A DNA stretch of 64,000 bases from Lingula anatina (GCA_051362555.1 CM120641.1:46382401-46446400); one strand, 5' to 3'. Shown: positions 14,701 through 27,151, counted from the first letter of the stretch. The notes: generated by a model from the sequence alone, not told the origin. Translations and numbers: made by a program.

Positions 14701-17700
14701 CAAGTTGGAATGAAGCTGTGCTGGGTATGTTCAAAACAATCGTACGTTTACTACATTTTACTACATTATGCAACATTTGTACAGTTTGACGACATTTGCA
14801 TTGTGTACACGTGTGAGAACTGCTATCCAAGGTCTACCCATAGAAAACTTCTACCCGTAGAAAATTATCTCAGGAATTTGTCCCCCCTGAACCCCTGTTC
14901 CATTTGTGCTGTCAGAGGAGCACTGGTACTGAAAAGTCACCTTTCCCACCTGCACCTCCGCCATTCCCTCCTGTCCAAAATACGACAGTTCCGCCCCGTC
15001 CAGGATTGCACTGGCAGTGTAGAAAGCATCAGGCTCCACCTGGATGGGATTCTCAAACATCACGGGAAATGTATTACTGGAGCCATCTGAGAAGAACTTG
15101 GTGGTCTTTTCTCCCAGAATTATCCCGTTTTTCTTGAGCTCAATTTTAACCCTGTACTCAGCAGATCCATTGCTAGAACCGTATAAGCCAAACCCTGCGA
15201 CAAAGATTCTCTTGTCTATAGAAAATTGTATGCTATCACAACGCCCTCTATATCTCCACTGGTTACTGCGATAAGCAGATGACTGAAAACGATGGCATCT
15301 GAAGGGTCTTAGTCCAACACGCGACTTAACAGGAAAAGGAAGCTGAGGTTTGTGTGTTGCTGTATACCACAGAAAAATATTATTAGTCTCTTTAAGAGTG
15401 AGTATCCCTGACTGAGCAGGGCCATTAGCGAAGTCTTCCAACTTCATGGATGGTATTCTTACCAAGTACAGAGCTGAGCCAAGGACTTTTCTCTTGTTTT
15501 GATTGGTCGGTTCCAAGTCTCTCCTAACGCACTCAGCCTCAGCCCATCTGCATGTTGCCTCAAAGATGGATGTCTCCTGTGAATGTAAGGTCTCCCTCAA
15601 GAGGACAGTTTTCAGAGTTTCATGGTCGATCTCAGCGAAACTTTCAGCTTTCAGAGCCTCTTCAGCCTGTGCATCAATCACCTCCCAGCATCTCAGCATC
15701 AGCTCGTGTTCCTCAAACAGCCGACTCTGGCTCAACAGGACACAGGCGTTCTTGGCGTTAAGGCTGGTCTCTAGGAACTGGACACAAGCCTTGGCGAGAT
15801 AGGGTACTATGTACTTCTTGGCCACATACAGGGTGGCTAACACTGTGTCTGGTTCCAAGTCTATGGCGTCATAGTATAGGTACCTGAAATAATACACGAA
15901 GTTTTGTTTTGAAGACACATTTAGAAAAATGCCTTACTTTAAAACCAATTATATACTTTTCTTTCATTACTGTTAATTGATTTATTTGAAAGTTGTTTTA
16001 ATTAAATGAATTTTGTTGCATTCTTAAATTACTTTTAAAGAAATGAGTTTTTCAGTGAGTAGCAACATCATGATAAAATTTTTTTTCAATGTCCAAAAAC
16101 TCCAGTTCAAACAGTAAGCACAAAGTAGTATATCTATAAATTGTGAAAATAGCCAGTATAAGTGCATACATGCCATGATCAGGCATTACTGAACTAGGTC
16201 TTCAGTATAAGACCCTGTTCATTTAGATGATTCTAACCAAAATGAAGACAATTGAAACAATAGCCCAACTTACTTGAGTAAATTGAGAAATGCAGCAGGC
16301 TCCACATCAGGTATTGCTATCTCTGTCTTCCCATCAGCCAGTCCACCATAGAACATAGCAAAGAATACAGAGCTCCCTGTAGCCAGGTTATATTTATGAG
16401 CAGGTATTCGTTGTACACCACCAGTCGACTTCTGTCCCACAATGAACACTACGTCTGCCATGAGGTCATTATTACACATGGCGGCATTGCGTTCCTTAAC
16501 ACTGGTGTAGTTGGACTGCCAGTTGAGTTCATTTGTACTGTGCATGGATTTGGGTCTGGGAGCCGGAAGACAAGGTCTGGGCTGGCGGCTGATGCCCATG
16601 GTCTGACTCACTCCTGCCTTGTTTTCAGGGACCTCTTGGTTGACCTCATCATCATCAATATACTGCATCCTATCAGATATAACAAATATGTCTGGATTAC
16701 TCTTAGACATCTTTCTATTGGACATCAGAGTGAGAAATTTTGATACTAGGTGTGAGAAAATATAGACTAGCTCTCACAGTTCAGAATCATATGACTGGAT
16801 TTATTTATAACATTTATCTCCCTCACCCTGTCATGGTTTTGGACATTGATAAACAGCCTGGAGGTTTCTGCCTGCTATCCCAGATCATAGTTTGTTTGAT
16901 TACGAAGATTATCATAAATTCCTCAATATTATGTCGACTGATATGTTATTCTCATACTTCTCCATACACTTGATAGTTATATAGGGACTGAATTTTCATT
17001 CCATGCCCCATGTGCTAGTTGTAAATAAATCATCAATGATATGTTTCATATGTTACAACTTATCAGATAGTGTGTATAAATTAGTCCTTTGGGAGATGAA
17101 ATGTTATCAGACCAACCCTTCTGCATCACAAATTGCTACCTTGATTCCAGGTCAGCTTGATTAATAACACTAGCCCCTTTCTCTGTGCTTTTGTCATTGC
17201 TATGAAAAGTGTTTGTAACATTATAAGTTATGATACAAACCAGTGATGTACTTACTTGAGTTGTTTAAATCTACTTCTGATCATTTTAGAATTAAACCTT
17301 GTTCTCTTCACACAGTAATTACAACCACACATCATTGTTTGTCATAGAGCAACACTTACAGCTTTAATCAAGTCCAATTCCAACTAGCTACAGGTAATCA
17401 GATACTTAGATTTTCCAAATTTAGACATACCCTTCTGGGGCACTCACCTCTAGAAAATGTATCAAATTGTAACTTAATTAGGTCAACTTTATAACATGGA
17501 TCTTACCTGCTTTAGATCATTTGTTTGGGTATAGAAGGGGGCAGGTGAATGAATTTAAATTCATAGAATATAAATTACCTGGTATGGGAGGCATGCATTG
17601 ACTCGTCAGTATACATAATTGGTTTTTTTTAAGACTTCTGTTCAGTGTTCAGTTGACAGCCATCTTCTTTCATCCATGTAGTATCCCACAATGCACTATT

Positions 17701-20700
17701 TCCAATTAGCATAATGTGAGATTGATGGCGCCATCTATCAGGCTAGAGCAAAACTAATCAATGCCTGTTTTGCTTGTGTTTATAAATTTTCTTATTTGAC
17801 TTTATTGCTTAATATTTATCAAATACTTCTCTTAATTACATTTCTTCAATTAATTTTATGAAATAAAAAAGTGGAGGAAAAACAGGAGTGAATGTGTGTA
17901 TAAACTGAATAAATAACTTAAATTTTTACAATCAATTTTTAAAATCTTTTTCCCTTTATGGTCTAAGTTTCTATTTTATATTTTCCATTTTAAGTTTTAT
18001 ATAAATTTTATACAATATTGTCTTGTTTGTTTTGTAGATCCATGCCTACTCATTCAAAGATTCTCCCACAAGCTGGACTTTGAAGAGAAGACACATGATG
18101 TATCGATGACAGCACTGAGAATTGTACAGAGAATGAAAAGAGATTGGATGGCAACTGGCAGACGACCATCTGGACTGTGCGGGGCAGGTAGGAAGCATGA
18201 TAATATGATAAATGAAAATGATGAGAGTGAAATATGAATTATGAAAAACGAATTATGAATCAAAAACTTCTTTTCTTTTTCGGTATCTTGTTGATTTCAT
18301 AAGTCAAAAATAGATTACAGTGTATATGTTGGAAGTCAGACATGTTTTAAGAAGAGAATACTCTAAGTAACGTCAATCTCATAACTTATTATTATTTTTT
18401 TTTTTTTTGGATTTCAGCTCTGTTTGTTGCCTGCAGAATTCATGAATGTTACCGCACAATGAAGGAGATAATCAAAGTAGTCAAAGTTTGTGAAGCTACG
18501 TTAAGGAAGAGGTGAGGCTAGTTCAAATTTCAGAATGATGCTTGGGCAAAACTTGGCTGCTGAACTAGTCAGAGATGAAAAAATAGTGTTGTTCTACTAA
18601 TTTGAATGTATTTGTTGCTTTTTTATGCATATTGCTTCTTCTGCTTTGTTTTATTCTTTTTTGCCAGTTAACAGAGTTTTTTAAAGTGTCCTCTTTGATA
18701 ATCATGAATTATCCTTATTATTTTGTATCAAAAACAGTATCACAAAATTAATAAATGTCCAAGGTGTGAGAAGTCAGATTGTCTTTGACAAACAATGTAC
18801 ACTGATTGCACAATGCAGATGATATCATTATACTGTGTTCTTTCCCACATTCCAGATTAACAGAGTTTGAAGACACACCCACTAGTCAACTGACCATAGA
18901 TGAATTCCAGAGGATAGACCTGGAGGAGGAGCAGGACCCACCTTCTTTTAAGAAAAGTCGCAGAAAGGCCAAGGAGCAAGCATCAGTAAGTACCTAGCTA
19001 GGGTTTCAAAGAGCACGGTTAGTTTTCTTCAGCTTCTTTATTTTTATGGTGTCCTTGGTGCCAAATTGTAATGTGCACAAGTGTGATTTGAAAGTGAAGA
19101 AATTGACGTGGATTAAGAAGGGAAATTACATGATGTTTTTGTCATTATCTTCAAAATATTTGCCAATATTGCATCAGAAGGTATTTGTAATGCCTTTATT
19201 GTACACATAAAAAAACTATATAAGTATTGTTAAATTAATGACATTTTTGCCTTCAGCTGGAGGAAAGTGGCAAGTTGTCAGAGGTTGTCAGTGAAGTGAG
19301 CAGCATTCAGAAAGAAATAGAACAAGCACTGGAAGCTAGAATGAAGAAAAGATGGGGAAAAGAGATGGGTAAGATACCATTATCATTCTTATGAGAAATG
19401 ATAGTTTAAAAAGCATTCCTTTACTCCTACAATAGTTTTTACTAACTAAATTCACGGAGAACTTCTTATCCTGGGTTAATGGTCAAGAATTTCATTTAAA
19501 ACTTAAAAAACCATTTTAGCTCATTTTTCAAAATGTAGGAATGTGGTTATCACTTAGATATTTATGCATTTTGGAGCATTTACTCAAAGGATATTACCTT
19601 GTTTACCACTTTTTGAACCTGGAGATCAAGCTTCCAAAAAGAAATTATCTTTTTTTAATGAAATTTTTTGTTTTAGCCAAAGCAGAAGCAATGCAGAATT
19701 CGCTTGTAGAATCATCAAAGGACCAAGATTGCTTAGCAGAAGACGAGGATCTCATTCCATGTGGTTCAATAATCAATGACGAAACAATTGAAGCTGTACT
19801 CAACGACCCCACAATTACCTCAGATAATGGAATCTCAGAACTGGAGGGCGTCACGTCCTCAGAACCTCTTACAGATTTAAGTGAGGACACAACAGACAGC
19901 ACTGATACTGATGTACATAATTTAGAAAAACAGGAAATGGATAGCTTATTGATGCCACCGCCCACGTATTTGACGCCCGGACAGAAACTGGCCTCTTTAC
20001 GACCCACCGCAGCTAGTTTAGGTTTGATGGAAAGTGTTCAGGAGTGTTTGAAGGAGGAGGATTCTGTGGAGAAAGAAGAAGAAGAGGGTAAGTTGCACTT
20101 GGAGCCAATATTCAGTTTCATGAAAGAATTTCATACAGAGAATTTGTCCTCATTTTTCAAACAATATTTGGTCTACTTCAGTTCAAGATAAAGATAAATT
20201 CAAAGTAGCCTGTGTAAATAAATTTTACAGTATTAGTCTGAAACATCAGCCTTTTATTCAATTGGACTATTGTTGATTATCTAAGGTAAAATTTTAAAAG
20301 TTCAGACCAATCTTGGTAGAAAGGACCCTGTTCTCGTCACACTGTGAGAATATGCCATGCTCTTCATCATCATCATTACAAACATCTAAGTGATTGGCCA
20401 GAGAATATAGAATTAAACTTCCATTGTTCTCATGACACTTTTTAATTGTAGCACTGTCAGTTATGTCACGATCAAGTAAATCACTGGTTTACAAAGGAGT
20501 GCATTCCAGCTTACCTGTTAAGTAGCCAGAAGTGTGATTATTTCAATGTTAGCTGTGAAATTATGATTCTGCAGCTTTGTTTTGGCATATTAAGATCCTG
20601 TTTATATCTTGTTATGATAATAATAATCATTACTTTATTTTTGTTCTTCAGTAGAAGGAGAACAAGAAGATGGTGAGTTGGACCTCGAAGGCATAGATGA

Positions 20701-21704
20701 TGACGAATTGGAAAAGGTATGTTTCGGTTACTGTTTTGATAAAGTTGAATTTATTGTGCTCAGTGAACAGAAATGTTCAAGAAAAAGAGAGCAAACTTAA
20801 AATCACTGTTATTTCTCTGTTTTATTGAATTTCTTTGTTTTTGTTATTTCAATATTTTTGAGTAACCCTCATAATCATTTTCCTTTCAGTTTATCCTTAA
20901 CGAGGAGGAAGTGAAAAGGAAGACTGAAATGTGGATAAAACTGAATGCAGTATATATACAGGAGCAAAAAGGTGAAATTTCTTTCACAATTTAGAAGAAT
21001 CCTTCTATAAGTACAGTGATTAAAGCAGACAGTAAGAATATAATTTTTTGGATCGATTTATTTAAGACCAAACCTTAGACAAATATTGGTAATTTTTATT
21101 TTTAAATTGTGTTGTTTTTTTGTTGTGTGTCCTGGTATGAAGAGTATATGCCATATCACCTCATAAAGTTACTAAAACTCTCTTTTCTCACATTCCTACA
21201 GAGAAAGAAGAAAAAGAAGCAAGAGAAAAAGAATTAGGAATAACAAAGCCTGAACCCAAAAAGGTAATCATTCTTTTTGAAGAAAAGTTTTCACTGAAGA
21301 AAATATCTTAAGTAAGATTATCATTATGATGTATGGCTCCTACATATAGATATGATTGTATGTTCTACTTTTCTACTATCTTGTTTAAGATTTTGTAATA
21401 CATAAATTATATAAAACTGTCATATTTTTATGATAGAAAAAACAACACAAGAAGAAGAAGCAACAATACCCAGCCAACAGTGCAGAGGAAGCTATACAGA
21501 AAATGCTTCATGAGAAGAAATTTTCAAACAAAATCAACTATGAAGTTCTCAAAGATCTGAACAGGGTGTCTGAAAGCAAGCAGGTTATAGTGGCGGAGCC
21601 CGTCCTTGGTGCCAGTACCCCAGTGAAGTCTGGGATAGGGACCCCAGATAGTAAAAGGTAGAAGTGGCTGGCTCCCTTTCTTCCTTCTTTTTATCAATTT
21701 TCCT

Positions 21705-21790
<86 letters not shown>

Positions 21791-22943
21791 AGGTGTTCTC
21801 TCCTCTTTTAGCACCTTCTATCTACTATGACTCTGGACTTAATCCTGTCCTTGTTTTTAGTATGTATTCTCTCCTATTATTAATTAAATTGAGTTGAAAC
21901 ATGATCTGAAGTCAGGGGCAAACTTGATCTGAAGTCAGGAGCTTGCACAGAACATGACTAATTACACAAATTATCAGTGATGAAATTGTGGTTTGTAACA
22001 ACAAATGACAAATGTTTTCCAGATTTAGAAGGACCAGTTTATCAATAGACTCCAACACAGCTGAACAATCCCGGAAAGTAAGTTTGTCAAATTTGAAAGA
22101 AAAGAAAAGCATAGCAGTCATTTGTTGTATTTTTTGTGTGGTAACTTTTTCATTTGAGTGACTTTTTAGGTTACATTTTAAAGCAGAGTATTTTGTTAAT
22201 CACATTTATATAATATGCTGCTATTTGATTGCTAGGAGCCACCCATTAAAAAGATAAAAGTTGAAGACAAAGTCACAGCTGCAGTCATTGTGGAAACTGG
22301 ACCTGTGGACTATGCCAAAGAAGAAGGCAAGTCTTGTTCCATATCCTCAAATTTTAACTCCATGGAGATAATTTTGTTAAATTGTTCCCAAAAGTGCGTA
22401 TGGTGACAAGTTAAATTGTGGTTAAACTTAGATTTGTACAAAGGGAAACATGTTCAGATGACAGAAACTTCACAATCACAAGCTTTGAATTGGACCTGAG
22501 TTATGAGTTTAACTTTTTCCTTATTAACAAGTAAACAGCTATATTATACTGTAAGTTAAATGGTCTTGGTTTGTTTTTTTTTAGAAGAAGCTGAGGAGGA
22601 GGAGGAGGAAGAGGAGGAGGAAGAGGAACACATCAGTGCAGCCACACTACTGGGACATGGGGCAGGTGAGGATCACTATGTTATTGTCTTTAAACATCTC
22701 TTCATACTAGGGTTACTTTATTCACTTTGGATTGAATTCAGATTTTGAGAACCATTATCGGTATTTTTCTCAAAGGAATACATAGCAGTCTGTGTGTGCT
22801 TTTAGTTAATTGGAATTTTATTCATTTAACCATGTCATTTGATGTATTTCAGATTATTTTATTATTGTATTTACATTATTATTGTTTTCAATGCAGAAAT
22901 GGAAGATTACCATGATGGTTATGATATGGATGATTTGGATTAA
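11772..22943 (+). CDS. BRF1: RNA polymerase III transcription factor IIIB 90 kDa subunit BRF1
   Basis: 17 exons join in frame: 11772-11955, 12299-12376, 12639-12812, 13169-13273, 18038-18187, 18418-18511, 18856-18985, 19257-19368, 19677-20087, 20652-20716, 20890-20971, 21202-21263, 21437-21657, 22023-22077, 22236-22326, 22585-22665, 22897-22943. Zn ribbon CQHC...CTSC, TFIIB cyclin repeats ([30 protein letters not shown]), BRF homology blocks ([15 protein letters not shown]; [10 protein letters not shown]), acidic tail. Confidence 0.96.
12813..13168 (+). other. U12-type (minor spliceosome) GT-AG intron in BRF1
   Basis: 5' splice site GTATCCTTTT at 12813, branch point TTCCTTAAC at 13151-13159, AG at 13167-13168 with no polypyrimidine tract. 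Splicing restores the conserved TPHMLLD sequence. Confidence 0.93.
14851..16725 (-). CDS. BTBD6: BTB-BACK-PHR protein BTBD3/BTBD6 ortholog (about 494 aa), nested antisense in a BRF1 intron
   Basis: Exon 16725-16274 (phase-2 donor GTAAG) plus exon 15883-14851. BTB ([15 protein letters not shown]...IPAHKY...PDVEPAAF), BACK and PHR domain ([23 protein letters not shown]...[18 protein letters not shown]) match the BTBD3/6 subfamily. Probably co-orthologous to both vertebrate genes. Confidence 0.93.
17659..17742 (-). promoter_or_regulatory. Putative intronic promoter of the nested BTBD3/6 gene
   Basis: Cluster of a YY1-like GCCATCTT (17659-17666), a ZNF143/Staf-like TCCCACAATGCAC (17684-17696) and the palindrome GATGGCGCCATC (17724-17735, YY1/CTCF-like). 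Minus-strand splice donors lie just downstream at about 17578 and 17506. Motif matches only. Confidence 0.45.
21705..21787. repeat. Compound (TC)n(AC)n microsatellite
   Basis: Directly visible in a BRF1 intron. Confidence 0.9.
22327..22584 (+). other. GC-AG intron in BRF1
   Basis: Donor AAG|GCAAGT at 22326/22327. This phase-1 junction joins YAKEE in frame to the EEAEEEE exon starting at 22585. Confidence 0.7.
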
Positions 22944-23462
22944 TTGCTGCAGTGGACAGGACAAGGTTTAACTGAATATTACTTGCTGTTTCTCCAGAAA
23001 TAAAATGAAAAATTGGACTATTTGGGCTACAGCTATCTAGCTACTGAAAAGAATTGATAAAATTTTACAGTGCATGCTGATGATGGTGATATTTTTCTTG
23101 CAACTTAAAGCAGTGAGAATGACCCATAAAATAGACTATTGAGAAAATGTTACGTGATAAGAAAGATATCATGAATTATACATGTCGTTTATGAAATTTT
23201 TATTGGAAGTCATCTTTTATTCAGTATTATTTTTTGTACTTGAAAGACTTTGGAAGGAAAAATCCAACAATATCCAACAATAATAAAAGTTGTTTAACCT
23301 TTGTAAGCTTTAAGGTTTGCTTGCTCCAAATATATATATATTCTAAGTATAATTTAGGATCAATTCCCATGGTTTTCAGATGTAATTCTGTTGTTCATAA
23401 CAAGATAAACAACAGTTCTATGCTGTTTTGAACATTGAAATGGTGGCAAACTGGACAACATG

Positions 23463-23635
23463 CTGGGGTAGCGCTAACACTCGCCAATTTAGCCAAATGG
23501 TAAAACTGACTTAAATTGGCTAAAGAAAAAGGGCATGATTTGACATGTTTTAGTCAGATTATAACCAATTTGGTAACAAATTGACAAAAATGAGGTGATT
23601 TGGCTAAGCGTAAAAAATTGCTAGCACTACCCCAG
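23463..23635. mobile_element. MITE-like element downstream of the BRF1 stop codon
   Basis: 17-bp terminal inverted repeats CTGGGGTAGCGCTAACA / TGCTAGCACTACCCCAG (2 mismatches), subterminal TTAGCCAAAT/ATTTGGCTAA, and direct repeat ACATG on both flanks. Confidence 0.65.
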
Positions 23636-25480
23636 ACATGGTTTAGCTTATATTGGACACTGATGCTGGAAAAAGCAGGATGAAATATCATTTTTGACTT
23701 TATAAAATTAGATAGCTTGTGAAACTACATTTTGGCAGGTAACTGTATTGCACAAACTATGAATGAATATTTGTTGTTTTTTGAAACTTAGATCATTGCA
23801 AGAGTATTATCGTTTATTTCCAAGTGAAATGTTAATTGATGACTGATGTAATGAGAACAATCTGTATCGTAGAGTACTTTTTAAAAACCCTGTACTGTGA
23901 TGTGTAATTTGAAAAAGTGGTGTCATACGGAGACATTTTTGTGTATAACAGCAGCAGAAAGTTACCTCTATAGTCTTTTGCTCAAAATGAAACTTAAAAC
24001 ATGAGTAGTATGCTTAAATTTTACTGGTAACATTTTCCTTCTTTTTAGAGAAAATTTCATATTGACACTTTTTTTGTGGTTTAGGAGTAGCAAAAGGGCC
24101 AACAAACATTTGGGCAGTCACATTGTATGAATTGTTAAGTGTAATTGGTTAGTCAAAAGTGCACATATCTGTTAAGTGTCTTTATTACTTTGAGCAAGGG
24201 TTAACGTATTTAAAGTTGATTTGGTACGTGTGTTTTGTTTTAAGATGGAATTTTACTAGGTTTATCAGCAAAGTTTGTTTTTTATTTTGGGAATAATTTT
24301 TAAATTGTCAGTTTTAGAACTTAATCCATCCGTAGTCTGCATGACCAAGAATCTTTGAAAAAAAGTAGTTATTTATAAAAAAGATTTCTTTTCATTATTT
24401 TACACTTAAAAATTTAAAATGGTAGATCTATAATTTTCTAATTTTCAGTATTCCAAGCAAATTGATTGCATTTTGGGTGTTTTTTTAGAAAAAGATTTTG
24501 GGAACGAAAGTAAATCTTGCTTTTTTGTTTTGCATGAAGAGCATGGGAAACATATGGGCAAATAAGTAGATACTTTTTCCTTTTTAAGTGGGTTCTTTTT
24601 AAGTTTAAAAAGTTCAAGCCTATAACAATATTTGATGTTTGTGTCCCTTAGAAATATCCAGTTCTGTACATATTTCATGTGTAGCAAAGTTAATATTGTA
24701 ATATTTATTAATTTTATACATATCTTCTTATCATAAATATGTAAATTATCTAGTGCAGAAGTGTATGTGTATAACAGTTGTATTGCACCATGTGAATAAA
24801 CATGTCCAACCACTTATTAGATTTTTCGCAAATGATGGAAATCATGAATACTAAGTTCTGGACCAAAGCCAGAATATAAACAATTAAATATTTAGGTGGG
24901 AACGAACTTGAAAAAAATATGAAATTGTCAGCACCCATCGAGAGTACAAAATGCAATACTTAATTAGAATTTGGGGGGGGCAAACCACTTTATCACTGGT
25001 TTCTAACGTTTTGTAAAGCCTGTCTGGACCCTATTTGTTCTGAGTTTAAAATTCATACTTTAAGTGGATTATTTGTAGCGCCTTTGGTACTCAAATATGT
25101 AGACACTCACTGAAGGAAAAGTAAGAGAAATCTGATATAATAGACTAGAAGGAAAAAAGGCTTACGCTATTATAAGGTAAAATGGAAACCTTTTTCAAAA
25201 ATCACTGTTATAAGGAACATGGCAGCAAAGCTGTCAAATGTAGACAAAATGCAGAAAATGGGTCATTTTGTCAATTTTGATACAATAATAATTAATGCGT
25301 GTTCAATCAACACTAAAATTTAATCATGCACAGCAGAAGTGAACTAAGGCTAGGCAAAATAAACTTTAAAAAAATCACGTTTGCTTCTACATTTTATTCA
25401 GCAATTTTTAGCTGGCATTTTTAGCTTCATTCAGTTTTTTTGGCTGTCAAAAACTAAGTGGCAGTATTTTCATGATAAAG

Positions 25481-26674
25481 TTACAGCTTGAAACAATAAA
25501 CATCTGCCTTTCCACTAGCATTTTGGTCAATCCAGCCCTTATGTCCAGTTGTCAGGGATCTGCTACTCCCACAACCAGGTCTAGGGTAACGGATAGGGAG
25601 GTAAATTTTCCCATCGGCTGCCCAACCAAATGCACAGACATCCAGTCCATCTTCCCATGCAGCTTGCAGTTGGGCTGGTGTTGCGATTTTGGCACCTCGT
25701 TCAATGCATGCCTGTTGAGCTTGATTAAAGGATAGTTTGTATCCACCTTCAGATGAACGAACATGGAAGACTGGAACTTAAAAGAATAATTCTTGGTTAG
25801 TATTAGTGATAATTTCAAGATGTGTAAAAAGTATTCCTAATGTATAAACAAATAGATGGCCATGACTCTAATATCTACATATGTTGACATTTGATCAGGC
25901 ATATTTTCCCTGTTTATTGTCCTGTTAGTGTCCTGCTAATGTGGACACACATTGTGAAGTGTACCGACATGTGCAGGTTGAATTGATAAAATCAAATTTT
26001 AATTGAGTTTACTGCATCAATCACACACACACAAAAAAAAGAGTCAAGCGCAGAGTTTTTAAATGCTGAAGGGTAGCATTTTAAAAGGACAAAAATGATA
26101 TGTTAAATACATTTTGATACAATTTTTAGAATACCTGAACATTTCAATTGGCACAAAGAAAAGTGTCAAAAGAGATCAAAACTAACCCCCTTTTTTCACT
26201 TAATAATATATATGCCCTTGATGAGTCCAATGCTGTAAAAATACCTACTGTGCTGTCTTCTTGCATTTTCTTCCATCAACGTCTTCAAAGCCCGCAGTTG
26301 TTTCTGGAGGTTTCGGACCCCTTTTTGGGTGTAACCCTTGAGGTCATCAATACTGTGCTTCATATCTTTAAGCTCTTGGATTTCTACAATGCCAGTAACA
26401 CCAGTTACCTGTAACCAGGGAGAAAAGTGGCAAATTATGTTTATGTTCCATTTATTTATTTTTTTATACTTTGTTATATTTATTGTCAGTTATCTAATGG
26501 TAGGTTAGGGTTTTTGGCCTTTGAATCTATTTTTCACTAGACTAGGAAAAAATTATATATGACTGGTAAGTTCTGTACACAATGACTTACCTGCTCAGCA
26601 CCGCAAGTGAAATAGAAATTTGCACTTGATAGGAAGGCAGTCACGACAGTGCAAAAGCAAAATTTCCACAGCAT
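25481..26674 (-). CDS. Secreted protein: signal peptide + coiled coil + Link (Xlink) module, about 179 aa
   Basis: Exon 1 26674-26591 MLWKFCFCTVVTAFLSSANFYFTCGAEQ (donor GTAAGT). Exon 2 26408-26249 VTGVTGIVEIQELKDMKHSIDDLKGYTQKGVRNLQKQLRALKTLMEENARRQH (donor GTAGGT, phase 1). Exon 3 25776-25481 (I)PVFHVRSSEGGYKLSFNQAQQACIERGAKIATPAQLQAAWEDGLDVCAFGWAADGKIYLPIRYPRPGCGSSRSLTTGHKGWIDQNASGKADVYCFKL*. All four Link cysteines and the YKLxF, ATPxQLxAAW, CxxGW, PRPGC and DVYCF motifs are present. TATAAAG at 26757-26751; AATAAA at 25398-25393. Confidence 0.9.
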
Positions 26675-26750
26675 CCTGAAGAGTTGAGTCCGTCTGCTTA
26701 TTCTGTGATGGCAAGTCGTGTCTGTTTAACAGTAATTATTCGGTGCATGT

Positions 26751-26757
26751 CTTTATA
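26751..26757 (-). promoter_or_regulatory. TATA box of the Link-module gene
   Basis: TATAAAG on the minus strand about 80 nt upstream of the ATG at 26674. Confidence 0.5.
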
Positions 26758-27151
26758 AGCATAACATGTCTAGGGGAAGTTATACCTGGCACTGGTAGAC
26801 TGAAACCAATTTACCACAAGAACTTATTGTCATTAAGTGGGTCCCCTCTGTAATAATCCATGCAAATAAATTAGCTGAACTTGGAAATTGGATGTAGTTA
26901 ATTAGGTGTCATTTAACTACTTGCTTAATAACAAAAAAGAACAGATACTGATACATAAAGTAGGTGTAGCACTTATAGGGATCTCTCTCAGTCTGTTTAA
27001 ATTTTGTGTTAATGCACCTTTCTTTACTGCAGCAAGTGACCATGCAGCCAATGTAAAAACAAATTGTGGTCTTATCATTTATTTATTTCTCAGAACTCAA
27101 ATCAAGATAATCAAATCAAAAAAAAAGACTATGATCAAAGACTTGCCATCT

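Noticed and set aside
14683-16743. Several plus-strand ORFs over BTBD3/6
   Set aside because: Antisense shadows with no recognisable protein motifs; BRF1 splices across them in frame.
21524-21814. CV/ER-repeat ORFs
   Set aside because: Translation of the (TC)n(AC)n microsatellite.
25472-25818. ORF-track ORFs 25472..25735 (+) and 25552..25818 (-)
   Set aside because: Antisense and wrong-frame shadows of the Link-module exon, which is in another minus-strand frame with no ATG of its own.
26148-26414. 88-aa plus-strand ORF
   Set aside because: Antisense shadow of exon 2 of the Link-module gene.
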